From NCBI GenBank assembly GCA_002269645.1, contig NIVC01001183.1, positions 200,223-264,222 on the forward strand: a stretch of DNA of 64,000 nt, written 5' to 3'. Shown here one piece after another: positions 42,441-56,460 of the stretch; the first letter of the stretch is position 1, and the number at the start of each line of letters is the position of its first letter. The notes below the pieces were generated by a model. That model saw only the letters and a list, made by a program, of their open reading frames with translations. It was not told the DNA's origin and made no database searches. Origin of the DNA: Macrostomum lignano (taxonomy: Eukaryota). Position numbers and translations under genes: made by a program.

Positions 42441-43012
42441 CCCTATTAGAATAAATGTTGAAAACTTGTGGACGAGTGCTTTAGAAAGAGTCAAATTATT
42501 TTACCGCACTTTAGGATTATCAGAAATCATTTTCTGTCAAAATCAAAATTTGCTAACTTTCCAAAATTGTAAAAATTTTTTCCAAAATCAGAATTCAGAA
42601 AAGCAGAGTTTACTGTGACCAAAACTCACTTTTTTACTCTTGATTTACTGCTTATGCAAAACAAAATGCATGTATTGGTAGCACAAATTAGTTTATTTTT
42701 AGCCACTTTGTTACACACTGCCAAAATTTTGACTTCTGATTTTTTTCAAAATCAAAATTCCAAATTTTGGAAAATCAAAATCAAAATTTTGGAATATCTC
42801 TAAGCATTATATGAGAAATTATGAGTATATAAGCCCCTTCCACAAAGGTATTAGACCCTTTTCCATGTATATTTATTTGCTAGAGCAGCAGCCAGCAGGA
42901 AAGGACAGCGCGCGCGTGTAGGTGCTGCATGCCCATGCATGCATTGTGCTTTAAAAAAATTCTGAAAGCACACTGGATGCCGTATACAGTTTTACAACTT
43001 TTTCCTATAGGG
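42441..43012. mobile_element. Composite MITE copy 2
   Basis: TIRs CCCTATTAGAATAAATGTTGAAAA / TTTTACAACTTTTTCCTATAGGG. The inner hAT-like MITE sits at the same position, flanked by AGGATTAT/AGCATTAT. Confidence 0.85.
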
Positions 43013-43792
43013 CTTATTTGTTTTTTATTATAATCACAATCCAAAAGCATATATGTTATTGCAAATTAAAAACAAAAATATAATTTTTAACAAAAAATAA
43101 TATATATAAAATAATATATATAACAAAAAATAATTTTTTATTAAAATTGTTATTTAGTTAATTTTTTATAAGCCTTATGGAAATTCTAGGATATTTAAAA
43201 AATATTTATTGCTCATGTATATATAGAAGGGAATTTGGCAATTGTAAAAAGGCACATATTTAATTATTTTTACCTTAAATGAACACCAAAGGCAAAGCAT
43301 ATTTATTGTGATAGGAAACATATTTAATAATATAAAATTGTTCAAAAACCTAGCACAACTTATCAAATAGACAGTGATATAATTTTAATTGCTATAGATA
43401 GATAGCAAGAGCTCTAAGGCAAGATTGATATATATTTTGATTGGCTAATAAATGGTATATAACAAGCCAAACAATGATTTCCCATGGTATAGCTATTAGA
43501 TTAGCCAGCTTACACATTATAAAATCTATATAATAGAGCTCTTGGGCCATAGAATATAAGAACATAAGGCTGTTCTTACATAAGAACATAAGAATGAATG
43601 TAAGACCATAGAATAACTGCCTTGAAGGCATGATATGATGAGGGTTAGCACATGTAGATATCTAGCTATTTGCCTATTCAGTCATTGCAAGTAATGATTA
43701 GGGAAAATCAGTTGAAACTTTTTAAGATAAAGGTTTGTAACAACTACAAGGTTATAATTTAAAGGCAATTATTACTTGTCTAGTGACTAGAC

Positions 43793-44591
43793 CAGGGGTT
43801 GGCAAACTTTTTATATTAAGGGCCAGACAAAGAACTTAGCGCATGACTGCGGGCGAGAGGATGGGAGAAAATAGAGAGAATAGAGGAGAGAGATAAGAGG
43901 AGTGACACCCCTAGAGGACATTCTGCTTCTCAAACTTTAGCAGATCTTGTCTCTGTGCCATTCTTAGCAGATCTTCTCAATCTGACCGGTTCTTGCAGGA
44001 TCTTCTAAGATGGGAGGTACATTTGTTTTGTTAATTATTTGGCTAAAGTGTATGACCTGAACCATATTTATTTTATATGTTTATTTTAATTGTCAATATT
44101 TTATATTTTATATTAATTATGGGTGAATAATTTTAAGAAAATATGCGATTCGAAGTTATAAAAAGACATAAAACCTAAGATCTTGTACGATGTAGCAAGT
44201 CGCCTAGATCTGGTATGTTTACCTAAGTATTATCATAGCAAAGATCTTGCACGATCTTGCAAGTACTTGCACAGCAACCCAAGAAGTTGGATAAGATCTG
44301 TTAAGAATCAACAAGTCAATGTCTTCTAAGGAAACGATCAGGGTGAGAGGCAAGGCGAAAAAAGAGAAGCGCTGAAGAGAGGAGGGGAGAGGAGAGAGAG
44401 AGGAGAGGAGAGGAGAGGAAAGGAGAGAGGAGAGGAGAGAGAGGTGAGAAGAGGGGATGAAAGGAGCTGAGAAAAAAAACACGAACCCTGAGCGGGCCGA
44501 ATTGCTTGTGAAGTTTCAAAGGATCCGAGCGCCAGATAGAGAGGCTTTTCGGGTCGCATATGGCCCGCGGGCCAGAGTTTGCCGACCCCTG
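43793..44591. mobile_element. Non-autonomous hAT element with a nested insert (~43906-44343)
   Basis: TIRs CAGGGGTTGGCAAAC / GTTTGCCGACCCCTG with perfect 8-bp TSD GACTAGAC (43785-43792, 44592-44599). Confidence 0.92.
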
Positions 44592-44777
44592 GACTAGACA
44601 AATGCTATGTTTCCTTATTTATCTAGTTAATATTAGACAAATAGGCATTTTGTTATTTGTCCAATTAAATTGATATTTTATTTTATAGAAACTACAAAGG
44701 TGAATATTCCTAGACTTTAAAGAATTCTTATTTGAATCTTAATTAGGGCCTATTATATTGTTATACAAGTATATATC

Positions 44778-45397
44778 CCCTATTGGAATAAAAGTTGAAA
44801 ACCTATAGATGCGCACTTTAGAGTAGAGTCAAATTATTTTACCGCACTTTAGCATTATTAGAGATGTTCCATTGCAATTGACGAAATCGTCCATTTCAAT
44901 CTATTGAAATTGAAATTTGATAACTTTCCAAAATTAAAATTGAACTTGAAATTTTCTAAAATCAAAATTTAGAAAAACAAAGTTTAATATGACTAACATT
45001 TACTTTTTTACGCTTTGATTTATTGCTTATGCAAAACAAAATACATGTATATGTAGCAGAAATTACTTGCTGTTTATTTTTAGCCACTTAGACACTTTCA
45101 AAATTTAGAATTCTGATTTTTTTTGAAATTGAAATTTGCTTTTAAAAATTTTGAATTTTGGAAAATTGAAATAAAATAATTTTTGGAACATTGCTAGGTA
45201 TTATAAATGACAAGTCTATAGGCTCTTTCTACAGAGGTATTAGGCCCCCTTCCATATATATTTATTTGCTTGAGCAGCAACCAGCAGGGAAAGACATTGC
45301 GTGCAGGCGCTGTGCACCTGTGCATGCACTGCACTTCAGAAAAATTTCAAAAGTGTGCCGGACGCCGTCCCCAGTTTTACAACTTTTTCCTATAGGG
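44778..45397. mobile_element. Composite MITE copy 3
   Basis: TIRs CCCTATTGGAATAAAAGTTGAAAA / TTTTACAACTTTTTCCTATAGGG. The inner TAGAGATGTTCC...GGAACATTGCTA element is flanked by AGCATTAT/GGTATTAT. Confidence 0.85.
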
Positions 45398-45406
45398 TGT
45401 ATATCT

Positions 45407-45646
45407 TGGTGTAGGACCAAGACCGCCACACACCAAGACCGCCACACTTGGGGAGCTAAGGGAGAAATTTGAATTTATGTGTTATTAGATGGTGCTAGAG
45501 AGATGAGTGGGTAAGAGAGCCAGCAGCGAGAAAAAAAAATATGAAAGGAATAGCAATGCTAGAAGATTGGTAGCTCCCCCTCAATACTAGTAGCCAGTAA
45601 TAGCTGTGTGGTGGTCTTGGTGTGTGGCAGTCTTAGTCATGCACCG
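45407..45646. mobile_element. MITE with ~45-bp TIRs containing CCAAGACCGCCACAC subrepeats
   Basis: GGTGTAGGACCAAGACCGCCACACACCAAGACCGCCACAC versus its inverted copy at 45604-45645, flanked by the 7-bp direct repeat TATATCT. Confidence 0.75.
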
Positions 45647-45990
45647 TATATCTTATATACCAAATTGCATATGCATATACATATCTGCTTTATTTGCACT
45701 AGAATATAACAAAATATTAAATAAGATATAATATAGGTCTTAAAAATCTAGAATATTCATCACTAAACAAATAGATACTTTTAGGCTTATTAGCAATTGA
45801 TTTTGACAAATAACAAAAAGGCTATTTGTTTAGTCACCAGATAAATAACAATTGCCTAATTTAAAAATCAATCCAAAACTTAAGATTTAGATTAGAATGT
45901 TATAACTTAACTGAACAGTTTTGTGTCATTAAATATCTCTCTTAATACAATAAATACACTATGGTATGGTCTGGTATCCATTTCATTTAA

Positions 45991-46559
45991 GGCAGTGCTT
46001 ATCCCCACGGTACCATAGGAATAATTTCTATCTTATTCCAACGCCGGTACCGTGCGAATAATTTTCTGCTTATCCGCACGGCACACTGACGAGATAGCTG
46101 CCCTATCTTCTATATATGCCGTGCGAATAATTTTCTGCTTATCCGCACGGCACGCAATTTAAATTATTTGTTACTACACAAAAAAATTCTTTCTCATAGA
46201 AAAGTCGTTAAATCTTTATTTCTTTAGAACAAATGTTCAAGCCAAGTTATGTTGTTATACTGCACTCAAATTGTATGTACTAAACTTCCCACACGGCATA
46301 TGTAGAAGATAGGGCAGCTATCTCGTCAGTGTGCCGTGCGGATAAGCAGAAAATTATTCGCACGGCATATGTAGAAGATAGGGCAGCTATCTCGTCAGTG
46401 TGCCGTGCGGATAAGCAGAAAATTATTCGCACGGCATATGTAGAAGATAGGGCAGCTATCTTGTCAGTGTGCCGTGCGGATAAGCAGAAAATTATTCGCA
46501 CGGTACTGTTGGAATAAGACAGAAATTATTCCTACGGTACCGTGGGGATAAGCACTGCC
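45991..46559. mobile_element. Young foldback/MULE-like element with long TIRs built from 69-bp subrepeats
   Basis: GGCAGTGCTTATCCCCACGGTACC ... GGTACCGTGGGGATAAGCACTGCC with perfect 9-bp TSD TTCATTTAA. There are 3 subrepeats on the right arm and ~1.5 on the left. Confidence 0.92.
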
Positions 46560-49511
46560 TTCATTTAAATTGAAAAATAATTTTATTAAATAATCACTAC
46601 TTTATATTACAATTGCCAAGAATCTATAATAAATGAATCCCCCCACACTATTTTCTTATTCATTTGAAACAAACCATAGTCCTAAAAGAATCATTGTCTT
46701 TGCTCAACAAATTATTTATAAACCTATAGGCCCTACAACAGGTTTAATATTTGGTTGTCAAGAATATTCTTGCAGTTTCTAGAACCTTCCTCCAAACTGA
46801 GTTTTTTTTAATATGGAAGGGCTTTCATTTAAGAAACAAAGTAACTGCAATCCGAATCAATCACCTGCCATTTCAGGCAGGGATATAATGCCATCAAGCC
46901 CATCATCAGCGTAGAATTTAGTTCATAGACCTACTCATTAACATTCTAGTGATTGCTTGCTAACTAAAGTTACTTTTAAGATGGACAGTCAACACGAACA
47001 CAATAAAATCCAATAGCACAGAACACAAGCTGTTTAAGCTGTTATGCAGGTTAGCTAAGCATTTAGTAAAATAGCTAACGATGTAGCGACGTGCAAAACA
47101 AAAATGATTCTTTTTCTGAGAAGCAATTTAACTGTTTAGCATACAATTTGGTCAGAAATTAAAAACATGTGTTAGTTAAAACGAAATATTTAAAAGAAAA
47201 TAAAAAATACTGCCAAAATAGATAAACCAGGGATGAATTCATAACTGAAACAGTTTTTTAATACTTTGTGCATGCTGGCGTTTAATTTTAGTGATAATGG
47301 AGTAAAAAGTAAGATTTTCTTCGAAGCAAAGCTATGCACTAATTTAAATTTTTACAATGCAGCATTGGCTTCTAAAACTTCTACTTTTTGCGTTTCGGTA
47401 ACCTACTTCACTATTCTGTTATAGTGGAAGAAAAGTTTTTCAAAACATAGGCTACATTAAGATAAATAATGTATGCAACTGAAAATTTTTTTGTTGCTTT
47501 CAATGATTATGTATAGGACTTTTCTTTTGATATGCAACAAATGTACTATGTAGTAAAAATTTAGATATGAAGTGAAATTCTTTATATGTATTTTTTTAAT
47601 ATTAGACTTCCTTTAGTAGGGCTATTGTATATTTGCATTAGATTTAGAATAAGATTCCATCTTATAATGTTATAACCTTGAAATTCTAGGATCCTAATAA
47701 AAATTAGGATTCTAAATATTCTATTCCAAAAACGAAAAAGTTGATTTTTTCTAACTTTTATATATTTTTAAACATAAGATAAGAATCCTAATCCCACCTT
47801 GATAATGTTAAAATCCTGGGATCTTAACAGAAATTAGAACTCCAATTCTATCCTATATATAATCATATCCTTGTTTTAATAGTTTTGCCCCAACGAAAAT
47901 TTAGGGCCTAGTATAATAATATTCATATATCTGCGGCTATAGTTAATGCCTAATTAATTTTCTTTATTTTCCTATAAGTTATGATTTTAGCAACAATTTT
48001 TATATCATTCATTAATAGTGTTTATTTATTTTTGCATAAAAATAGTTCTGATTATATTTGTCCTAATATTAAAATTTGCCTTTATTACCCTAACTATACA
48101 ATAGGTTTACATGAGGGATAACTATCTATTTGAACTAAGATGGCTTTTAAACTTTCAAAAATTAAATTAAAATAAACAGTTTATTTAATTTTCAATTTTT
48201 AGTATTTATTAGTTTTTATATAAATATTATTATTTTAAATATTGTTTATCAAGTATTTCAATGAACATAAAATATTATTTATAGTTAAAGTAAGGTTACT
48301 TTTTAGACACTTTGTATCATCAAAAATTTCAGTTGCTTAGTCTTTGACCCTAGAGATTAACCTTTGGACATAAACCAAATGCTCAAATGGTGTTTCAAGT
48401 AGTCTTAGTTTTTGTATGGCTTATATTACTTTGTATAGGAACTAATGTTTATTCTTATATATATGACCTTATTTGTTTGCATTTGTTTTATCTCAAAATA
48501 TTCATTTGTATAATTTAAATTTAATTACACTTAATTATATTTGCATGATTATAATCCAATTGAGCTCCAAGATATAGTTAAAAGCTAACAATAATAATAA
48601 TTTATTACACTTTCCCTAATAGGCAGATATGCAACCAATGGCTTAGCTGCAATTATTATATAGTGTATTGGAAAACTGTTTAGCTCTAGTCCAAAGACAA
48701 GAACATTCATACTTTGCACAAGTATGCCAACCCTATGCCATGAATGTCTTCTTTCATTGTACTTTTTATGCTATAATATATTGATCTATATATTTCATGA
48801 TTTAAATAAGCAAGATATATTGAATATTTTTTAAGCATATAAAAAAATAATGTTGTATGGTTACTAAAAGGATTAAAGGAAGCATCAATTCAATTTTGAT
48901 AAATATTTTTGTTGAATCAAAAAGACTCTCTTTTTACAACTTTTATTCTATAACAGTTTTATATATAATAGCCTAGTGCAAAAGGAGCAGCTGCCCTACT
49001 TTACAGAGGATAAAAAATTTTTTGAATGACCAAGCAAATGTTGTAAAAGTTCTAACCTTTCTTTGCCTATCAGAGATATTATTTTGTATGTTTTTGCTAC
49101 CTTATAAGCCTATTTGGTAAAGAGACAGTAGATTTATCCTAATTTCTAAACCAAGAGCTGTTGTTTTTTGGCTTATAATTCAATGTAGTCATACACTCAT
49201 TATTGCTTGATAATTTTATAATCTAGTTGAAAACTAGGTTAGACTCTTGTCTCCTTTCATTTTTTGAATATAGTAATATATATTTTAAATTCTTATTTCA
49301 AATCTTTGTAGAGAGTAAGCAGATCAACTTTAAAAGGATACCCCCCCCTGAGTCTACATGAAGAATGTTTATCATTAGTACATCTTTAAAATGTACACAT
49401 TGAGCCTGTAGTATCTTTAGATATGTCAAACTCAACTGAAAGGTCAGGGATTCAATTTCTAACCTACTTGGAAGAAATTCAGTGTCTATACTTCTATTAA
49501 CCCTTTTCACA

Positions 49512-49818
49512 AATAATAATAATAACTAATTGATTACACCTGCCCTAATAGGCAGATGTGCAACTGACAGCTAGCCACAGCAACAGCTATTGCATGGCGC
49601 ATTTGAAGGCTGCATATGCCTGTTCAGTCAAAGGATTGGGGGGTCACCACACACACACACCCTCAATTATCCCAGCTAATGCTGGCACCCATTGGGTGAA
49701 CTGAAGCAATGCAGAGTTAAGTGTCTTGCTCAAGGATACAAATTGTACCAGTGGGATCGGGAATCGAACCACCGACCTTCAAGTTGTGAGTCTTGTGACC
49801 ACTAGGCTTCAAACCTAC
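49512..49818 (-). mobile_element. Second, more decayed copy of the tRNA/CORE-like SINE
   Basis: It shares CCCAGCTAATGCTGGCACCCATT...AACTGAAGCAATGCAGAGTTAAGTGTCTTG...CAGTGGGATCG.GAATCGAACC with the 10-kb copy and has a (TAA)n tail. Confidence 0.85.
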
Positions 49819-51885
49819 TCTTCTTCACAAAGAACACAATAGATTTGCTTTCTTTCATAATCCCCAGCCCTGGATAAAATGAACCATCCTCTTCCAGCTG
49901 GCCAGTGCACAACCCAGGATAAACTTGTCCTCTATTGCGATTTTAAATAAACACATTCAGATTCATATTTATAAAAGGTGAATTATGACTGCCTTGGGAT
50001 TCAGGGACAGGGCGGTGCAGGCGCCAGAAGACGGCAAAGTCGCAGCAATGCTAGAGCTAAGGAGGAGAGGACAGGCTGGAATGGAGGGAAAGATAAGGTT
50101 AGACATAAGAGAAGCTGGTGCTGAGGCACTGCCGCATCATGTTAGGGCAGTTGAGGAGGCTGGCGGCTTAGAGGGATAGAGAAATCAATTATGTGTGAGG
50201 GTCCCCCACAAACCAAAAGCCACACGGCATACACACCGCCCATCTATCTATATGCAATAGGCAAGCGATGAACATCTCTTGATACGCTTGGGACGGACTG
50301 GGCTTGCTTGCTTCGGGTGTAAAGCATCTGGGAGCGATAGAAAAGTTGAGGTTGGTGGTGGAAGTCGCGCGGGGATTTTTATCCCAATTCCTCCTCTTAT
50401 GCGTCTCTCTTTCTGGCTTTCCTGCCCCCCCCCATCTCCCTAAACAGCTACCAGCTATTTCCAGGCGCGGATTCGGTGCAGTTTTGTTATAAAACGCCCC
50501 TCCCCGCCCCCTGTGCTGGTTTGTGTTTCTTTCATTTCTATCCTCCGTCCGTCTATCCTTCTTCCCTTTACTTCACAATTTTCCGTCTCTTTCTCCTCCT
50601 CTTCCCCTTCCCTCCCCCTCCTATCCCCGTGGCTTTAGCGGGATTTTGCAACTCTCACCCAACTCTCGCCACTGCTCCCCCAGAACTGTCTGGGCTTGAC
50701 CAAGGACGCCTAGAAACTATATTCTGGCGAGGCAGCTCTCCCCCCGTTGCTATAAAAGCTTTATTTTCAAGATGTGATAATTAACGCAAAAGTCAGGCAA
50801 GTTTGTAGGCTTTAGGTCTCTTTTTTTAAGCTAAAAAAAAGCCTACATGTTTGAATAAAAAACTGTATTGTATTCTGGTTAATTTTTACTAAAACTTAAC
50901 AAGCTAGACAGACATAAAAAGTTTATCACACAGAAAAGATTTCAGTGACCTTCGACAGGCCGCTGGTCGGTCAAGGATTAATAAACTTTTATATCTGCAT
51001 TGCAACTTTTTGAAGTCTAGCTAGATAAGCTCGTTCATTCGTAGTTAATCACTCTGAGTCTTGGATGAGCTTCGCAATCATTAGTTATTACTCCGGGTTC
51101 TGCTTCTAGGTCTCTTTGGCTTGGCGGCCCCTCCCCTTTTTGTGCTTGCTTCTCCGCCACCTTCCTATCCCCATTCCTCTCTCACTGTCTCTCTTCTCTC
51201 TTTCTCCATATAGCAAGTCCTGGTACGCCCCAGTCGCATACGCGCACACATGACGGCCAGCACATGCCGTGTTTATATATGGAATTGAGTGGCTAAGCTT
51301 GTGCTTTTGGCTACTTTGGAAAGTCTGACCTTGCCTTTTCTTTAACTTCTTTCCTCTTTACTATGCCGTACCGGGCCTAGCCCGATCCTCTGTCTCTCTT
51401 CTCTCTCAGCGGTAATATTTTCTCCTATATCCCCTGAAATCCCCATGAATTCTTTCCTTACCCCTATACCAGCTCTTGGCCTTCCCCGCTCACTCATCCA
51501 GCTGCCTCATTCCTTCACTTGTGTTAGCTATATTTGCGTTTCTAATCTCCGCCGTGTGTTTTTGTCTCCGTTTCACTTGTCCGCTTACCTTTCTGTCCGC
51601 TCGTTTAGCCCTATATACTACTGTATATTTTCCGCCAAGCCAATTCAAGGTCTGTCGGAACCAGGGATTACTAAAGTGACGTAAAGTCTCCTGGATTGGA
51701 GGCAGATTTATTAAAATGCTTAACTGGAGTTGATACTTTCGTAGCTCCTTGTCAAACTTCGGCTAACGAGAGTTTAAAAGTTATTTAAGAGTTTTGTTAG
51801 AACGCTCAATATTTTTGTACACTGAGAAAATTTTTTTTATACTCCCTGCCTGTCTCGTACCTTCTGGTTATGTCTTGGACTCCCT

Positions 51886-52842
51886 GTCCCTGTCTAGGAC
51901 TCCCTTTCCCTGTCTAGGACTCCCTGTCCCTGTCTAGGACTCCCTTTCCCTGTCTAGGACTCCCTTTCCCTGTCTAGGACTCCCTTTCCCTGTCTAGGAC
52001 TCCCTGTCCCTGTCTAGGACTCCCTTTCCCTGTCTAGGACTCCCTGTCCCTGTCTAGGACTCCCTTTCCCGGTCTAGGACTCCCTTTCCCTGTCTAGGAC
52101 TCCCTTCCCTGTCTAGGACTCCCTTTCCCTGTCTAGGACTCCCTTTCCCGGTCTAGGACTCCCTTTCCCTGTCTAGGACTCCCTTTCCCTGTCTAGGACT
52201 CCCTGTCCCTGTCTAGGACTCCCTGTCCCTGTCTAGGACTCCCTGTCCCTGTCTAGGACTCCCTTTCCCGGTCTAGGACTCCCTTTCCCGGTCTAGGACT
52301 CCCTTTCCCGGTCTAGGACTCCCTTTCCCGGTCTAGGACTCCCTTTCCCTGTCTAGGACTCCCTTTCCCTGTCTAGGACTCCCTTTCCCTGTCTAGGACT
52401 CCCTGTCCCTGTCTAGGACTCCCTGTCCCTGTCTAGTACTCCATTTCCCTGTCTAGGACTCCCAGACCCTGTCTAGGACTCCCAGACCCTGTCTAGGACT
52501 CCCTGACCCTGTCTAGGACTCCCTGCCCTTGTCTAGGACTCCGTGTCCCTGTCTAGGACTCCCTGCCCTTGTCTAGGACTCCGTGTCCCTGTCTAGGACT
52601 CCCTTTCCCTGTCTAGGACTCCCTGTCCCTGTCTAGTACTCCATTTCCCCGTCTAGGACTCCCAGACCCTGTCTAGGACTCCCTGACCCTGTCTAGGACT
52701 CCCTGACCCTGTCTAGCACTCCCTGCCCTTGTCTAGGACTCCGTGTCCCTGTCTAGCACTCCCTGCCCTTGTCTAGGACTCCGTGTCCCTGTCTAGGACT
52801 CCCTGCCCTTGTCTAGGCCTCCCTGACCCTGTCTAGGACTCC
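51886..52842. repeat. 20-bp minisatellite (~48 units)
   Basis: Unit GACTCCCT(T/G)TCCCTGTCTAG. Confidence 0.97.
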
Positions 52843-53629
52843 AAGAAGAGATGTGATCATATAGCTATATAGACATCATATGTTTAATCTAATTTTTGGC
52901 TTTCTGTCTCTAGCTATGCGCATAAGACTATACAAAACTCCCTTTTATTACTGTTATTGTTTTGGCAGGCTTATTAACTGCGAGGTGGCGATTTGCAGAC
53001 TTCTTCTAGAATTTCTTTGATCTTTTGCCGCCCGCCTGCGCCGCCCGCCTGCGCCGCCCGCCTGCGCCGCCCGCCTTCTTTGCCAAACCGTCCTTCCAGT
53101 TTGTTCCTTCTTTCCAGTTCTATTTTCTTTTCCGCCCCAGCTAATGCATTATTTTCTGTCTGGTTAGGCAACAGCAAGTTACAGTCAGTAACCAGTTGGT
53201 TCGGGTTTTTTGGTCAGTTTTTGGATATTGAAAAAAGCAGACTTTAGAAATGCTTAGTAGTAGTACTGATCAGGAAGCTTATCCTTCTTCGTGAACTTTT
53301 ATTACCTTTTGTGAGGTTGGACTGTCTAACGCGGCCTTCAGTGCTTCGCTTTTTTGTAATTATTCATATTCGGCTGGACTAAAAACTATCTGACTTTTTA
53401 TGACTGCTATTTTCAACAGTTCTAGTTGAAAGGCTTGGTGTTTCCTACTTTACAATTATAATTATATTCTCCTTGCCTAGGGTATTCTGCCTCAGAGCAA
53501 AAGTTTTTTTGGAACTTAATATTGTTATTAATTGGGTAATTTTGTAGAGGTTAAGTTGAATAAAAAAGTCTTGGTTAACATCTTTGTTAACTATAAAAAG
53601 CATAAACCATAATGGCTTAGAAAAACGGT

Positions 53630-54508
53630 CATTTAAGCTCTGAAATCACGGTCATTCTAGCTCTGAAAACGCGGTCATTTTAGCTCTGAACAGAGGTCAT
53701 TCTAGCTCTGAAAAAAACTGTCATTTTAAGTCTGAAACAATGATCATTGTAGCTCTGAACAAAGGTCATTCTAGCTCTGAAAACACGGTCATTTTAGCTC
53801 TGAAAATACGGTCATTGTAGCTCTGAAAATACGGTCATTCTAGCTCTGAAATCACGGTCATTCTAGCTCTGAAAACACGGTCATTTTAGCTCTGAAAACG
53901 CGGTCATTTTAGCTCTGAACAGAGGTCATTCTAGCTCTGAAATCACGGTCATTCTAGCTCTGAAAACACGGTCATTTTAGCTCTGAAAACACGGTCATTT
54001 TAGCTCTGAAAACACGGTCATTTTAGCTCTGAACAGAGATCATTCTAGCTCTGAAAACACGGTAATTTTAGCTCTTAAAACACGGTCATTTTAGCTCTGA
54101 AAATACGGTCATTCTAGCTCTGAAATCACGGTCATTCTAGCTCTGAAAACACGGTCATTTTAGCTCTGAAAACGCGGTCATTTTAGCTATGAACAGAGGT
54201 CATTCTAGCTCTGAAATCACGGTCATTCTAGCTCTGAAAACACGGTCATTTTAGCTCTGAAAACGCGGTCATTTTAGCTCTGAACAGAGATCATTCTAGC
54301 TCTGAAAACACGGTAATTTTAGCTCTTAAAACACGGTCATTTTAGCTCTGAAAACACGGTAATTTTAGCTCTTAAAACACGGTCATTTTAGCTCTGAAAA
54401 CACGGTCATTTTTAGCTCTGAACAGAGATCATTCTAGCTCTGAAAACACGGTCATTTTAGCTCTGAAAACACGGTCATTTTAGCTCTGAAATCACGGTCA
54501 TTTTAGCT
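53630..54508. repeat. 22/23-bp minisatellite (~38 units)
   Basis: Unit GGTCATT(T/C)TAGCTCTGAAAACAC. Confidence 0.96.
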
Positions 54509-55201
54509 GTATGTGTTTGCATATATTGTATTATTTTGGCAATCAACTAAGGAGCTAAGTTACACTGTTAAGGTGAAGCGAGTGAGATTGAGCTTCTTGT
54601 GTGCTTATAGAGTTCTCTATTCAGGCTTACTGACCGCGACTTGAACTGAGAAAGCACTCACATTCACTGCAACCCACTCGCTCACTTGTGCACTCATTGT
54701 ACATTACATTGTTCGCGTTGTGCTGCATGAGAGTTGGAGAATAATAAAAATAAAAGAAGGAAAAGTGTAAGCACAATTTAGCGAAAAAAATTGTTAGTAG
54801 AAAGTAAAAATTGCTTTGTTAAATGGCGTGATATGGACAGGACAGCATCTGGAAATGGGGTGGTCCTCGCTGGTAATAACTGCCTTAGATATTTTACATA
54901 AGGGGTCGTGACCATCCACCGAATTTTGAGGAGAGGAGGTCAACTGACCATTGGAATTACGAGTAGACATTTTTGACAACCGTAGCGTACAAAACAACAG
55001 GTAACAGTTTCAGTTCTAAATAGCATTTTAATTTAATTAAATATTATTCATACCTAATTGTTTGCTTATATAGTAATTCTAATAGAAAATGTGTAGGCTT
55101 TGTGATAATCTGTATTTAATATTTGATAAGATATTATTAACTATTATAATGCAATGACTAATTTGTCGCATACCAGGGGGTTTTTGGGCGCCGAAAATAG
55201 C

Positions 55202-56200
55202 CAAGATTTCTCCTTTCTTCACCTGCCTCTTTAAAAGAGTGGGAAGGGGCCGCGCAGTCACTGGCGGAGGGTAGAGAGAGGGTATGAGAGAAGGCAGAGA
55301 GTGCACTGCGAGTGGTGAGCGTTATTGCCGTTAAGGGTTCGCTGAGGTAGGGGGGCGGGTGGGGTTGGCGGGTGTTTTTGCTGCTTGCAGCAGCTCTTTA
55401 TTTTGCGTGTGCGCGAAACTCGCGTGTTGGTTCCTCTGTTACTCTCTTTCTCTAACCGTATTTTCTGCTGCTTTTGGGCTAAAGCTCTTTAATAGAATCT
55501 ATTCTAAATTGCTCGACTGTGTTCCTGCTAAGCTGAGGTGGTGTAGGGCGGTCGAATAACGACACTTTTCTTGTGCTAATTTCTCGTTTTTTTTTACTTG
55601 CTTCGCGGTTGTCTTGTTCTGTCTGTGTTATTATAAATTTTCTGTAGCCCTTCAATTCAATTGAAATATAACCGCAGAGACTGAGGGATTAGTAGTTCCA
55701 TTTCAGTTGACAGTATTTGCGATTGCCTCGTCCGGCACATTTTATCCCCTCGTCTTTATTATTCTTATTCTATTACTGTTTCTCTGTGTCATTTCTCACT
55801 CTACTTCTCAACCACGCTTTCGCACTAATTCCCAATCAACTTCCAAATCTCAGTCTATTTCTCATTCCCACTCCGTCTCTACTTCTCCATCCACTTTCAC
55901 TCTTACTCTACTTCTCACTCCACTCTCACTTTCATTCTACTTCTCACTCCCACTACTCTACTCACTCCTACTCTACTCACTCCCACTCTACTCACTCCCA
56001 CTCTACTTCTCACTCCTACCTCACTTCCACTCCGACTACTTCTCAGTTCACTTTCACTCCCACTCTACTTCTCACTTCAATCTCACTTTGACTATGCTGT
56101 CAAGATTTTCTCCTTTCTTCACCTGCCTCTTTAAAAGAGTGGGAAGGGCCGCGCAGACACTAGCGGAGGGGAGAGAGAGGGGTTTGGGAGAAGGCAGAGA
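55202..56200 (+). repeat. ~100-bp direct repeat pair (55202-55300 and 56101-56200)
   Basis: Both copies read CAAGATTT(T)CTCCTTTCTTCACCTGCCTCTTTAAAAGAGTGGGAAGGG...AGAAGGCAGAGA. Confidence 0.85.
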
Positions 56201-56460
56201 AGCTCAGCCACTTCTCCCTCCACTCTAGCTCTCACTCTACTCACCCTCCCCCACCCTACTTCTCACTCCGCTCTCACTCACTCTACTCCTTACCCCACCC
56301 TGCTCTACTTCTCACCCCACCCTGCTCTACTCCTCACTTTAATTCTCACCCCCATTCCCACTCTACTCACTCCACTCGCACTCTACTTCTCACTGCATTA
56401 CACTCTACTTCTCACTGCATTACCACCCCTCTAATTTTCAGTTCACTCTCACCCACTCCG
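55860..56460. repeat. Degenerate CACTCTACTTCT-type low-complexity array
   Basis: Direct reading. Confidence 0.8.
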
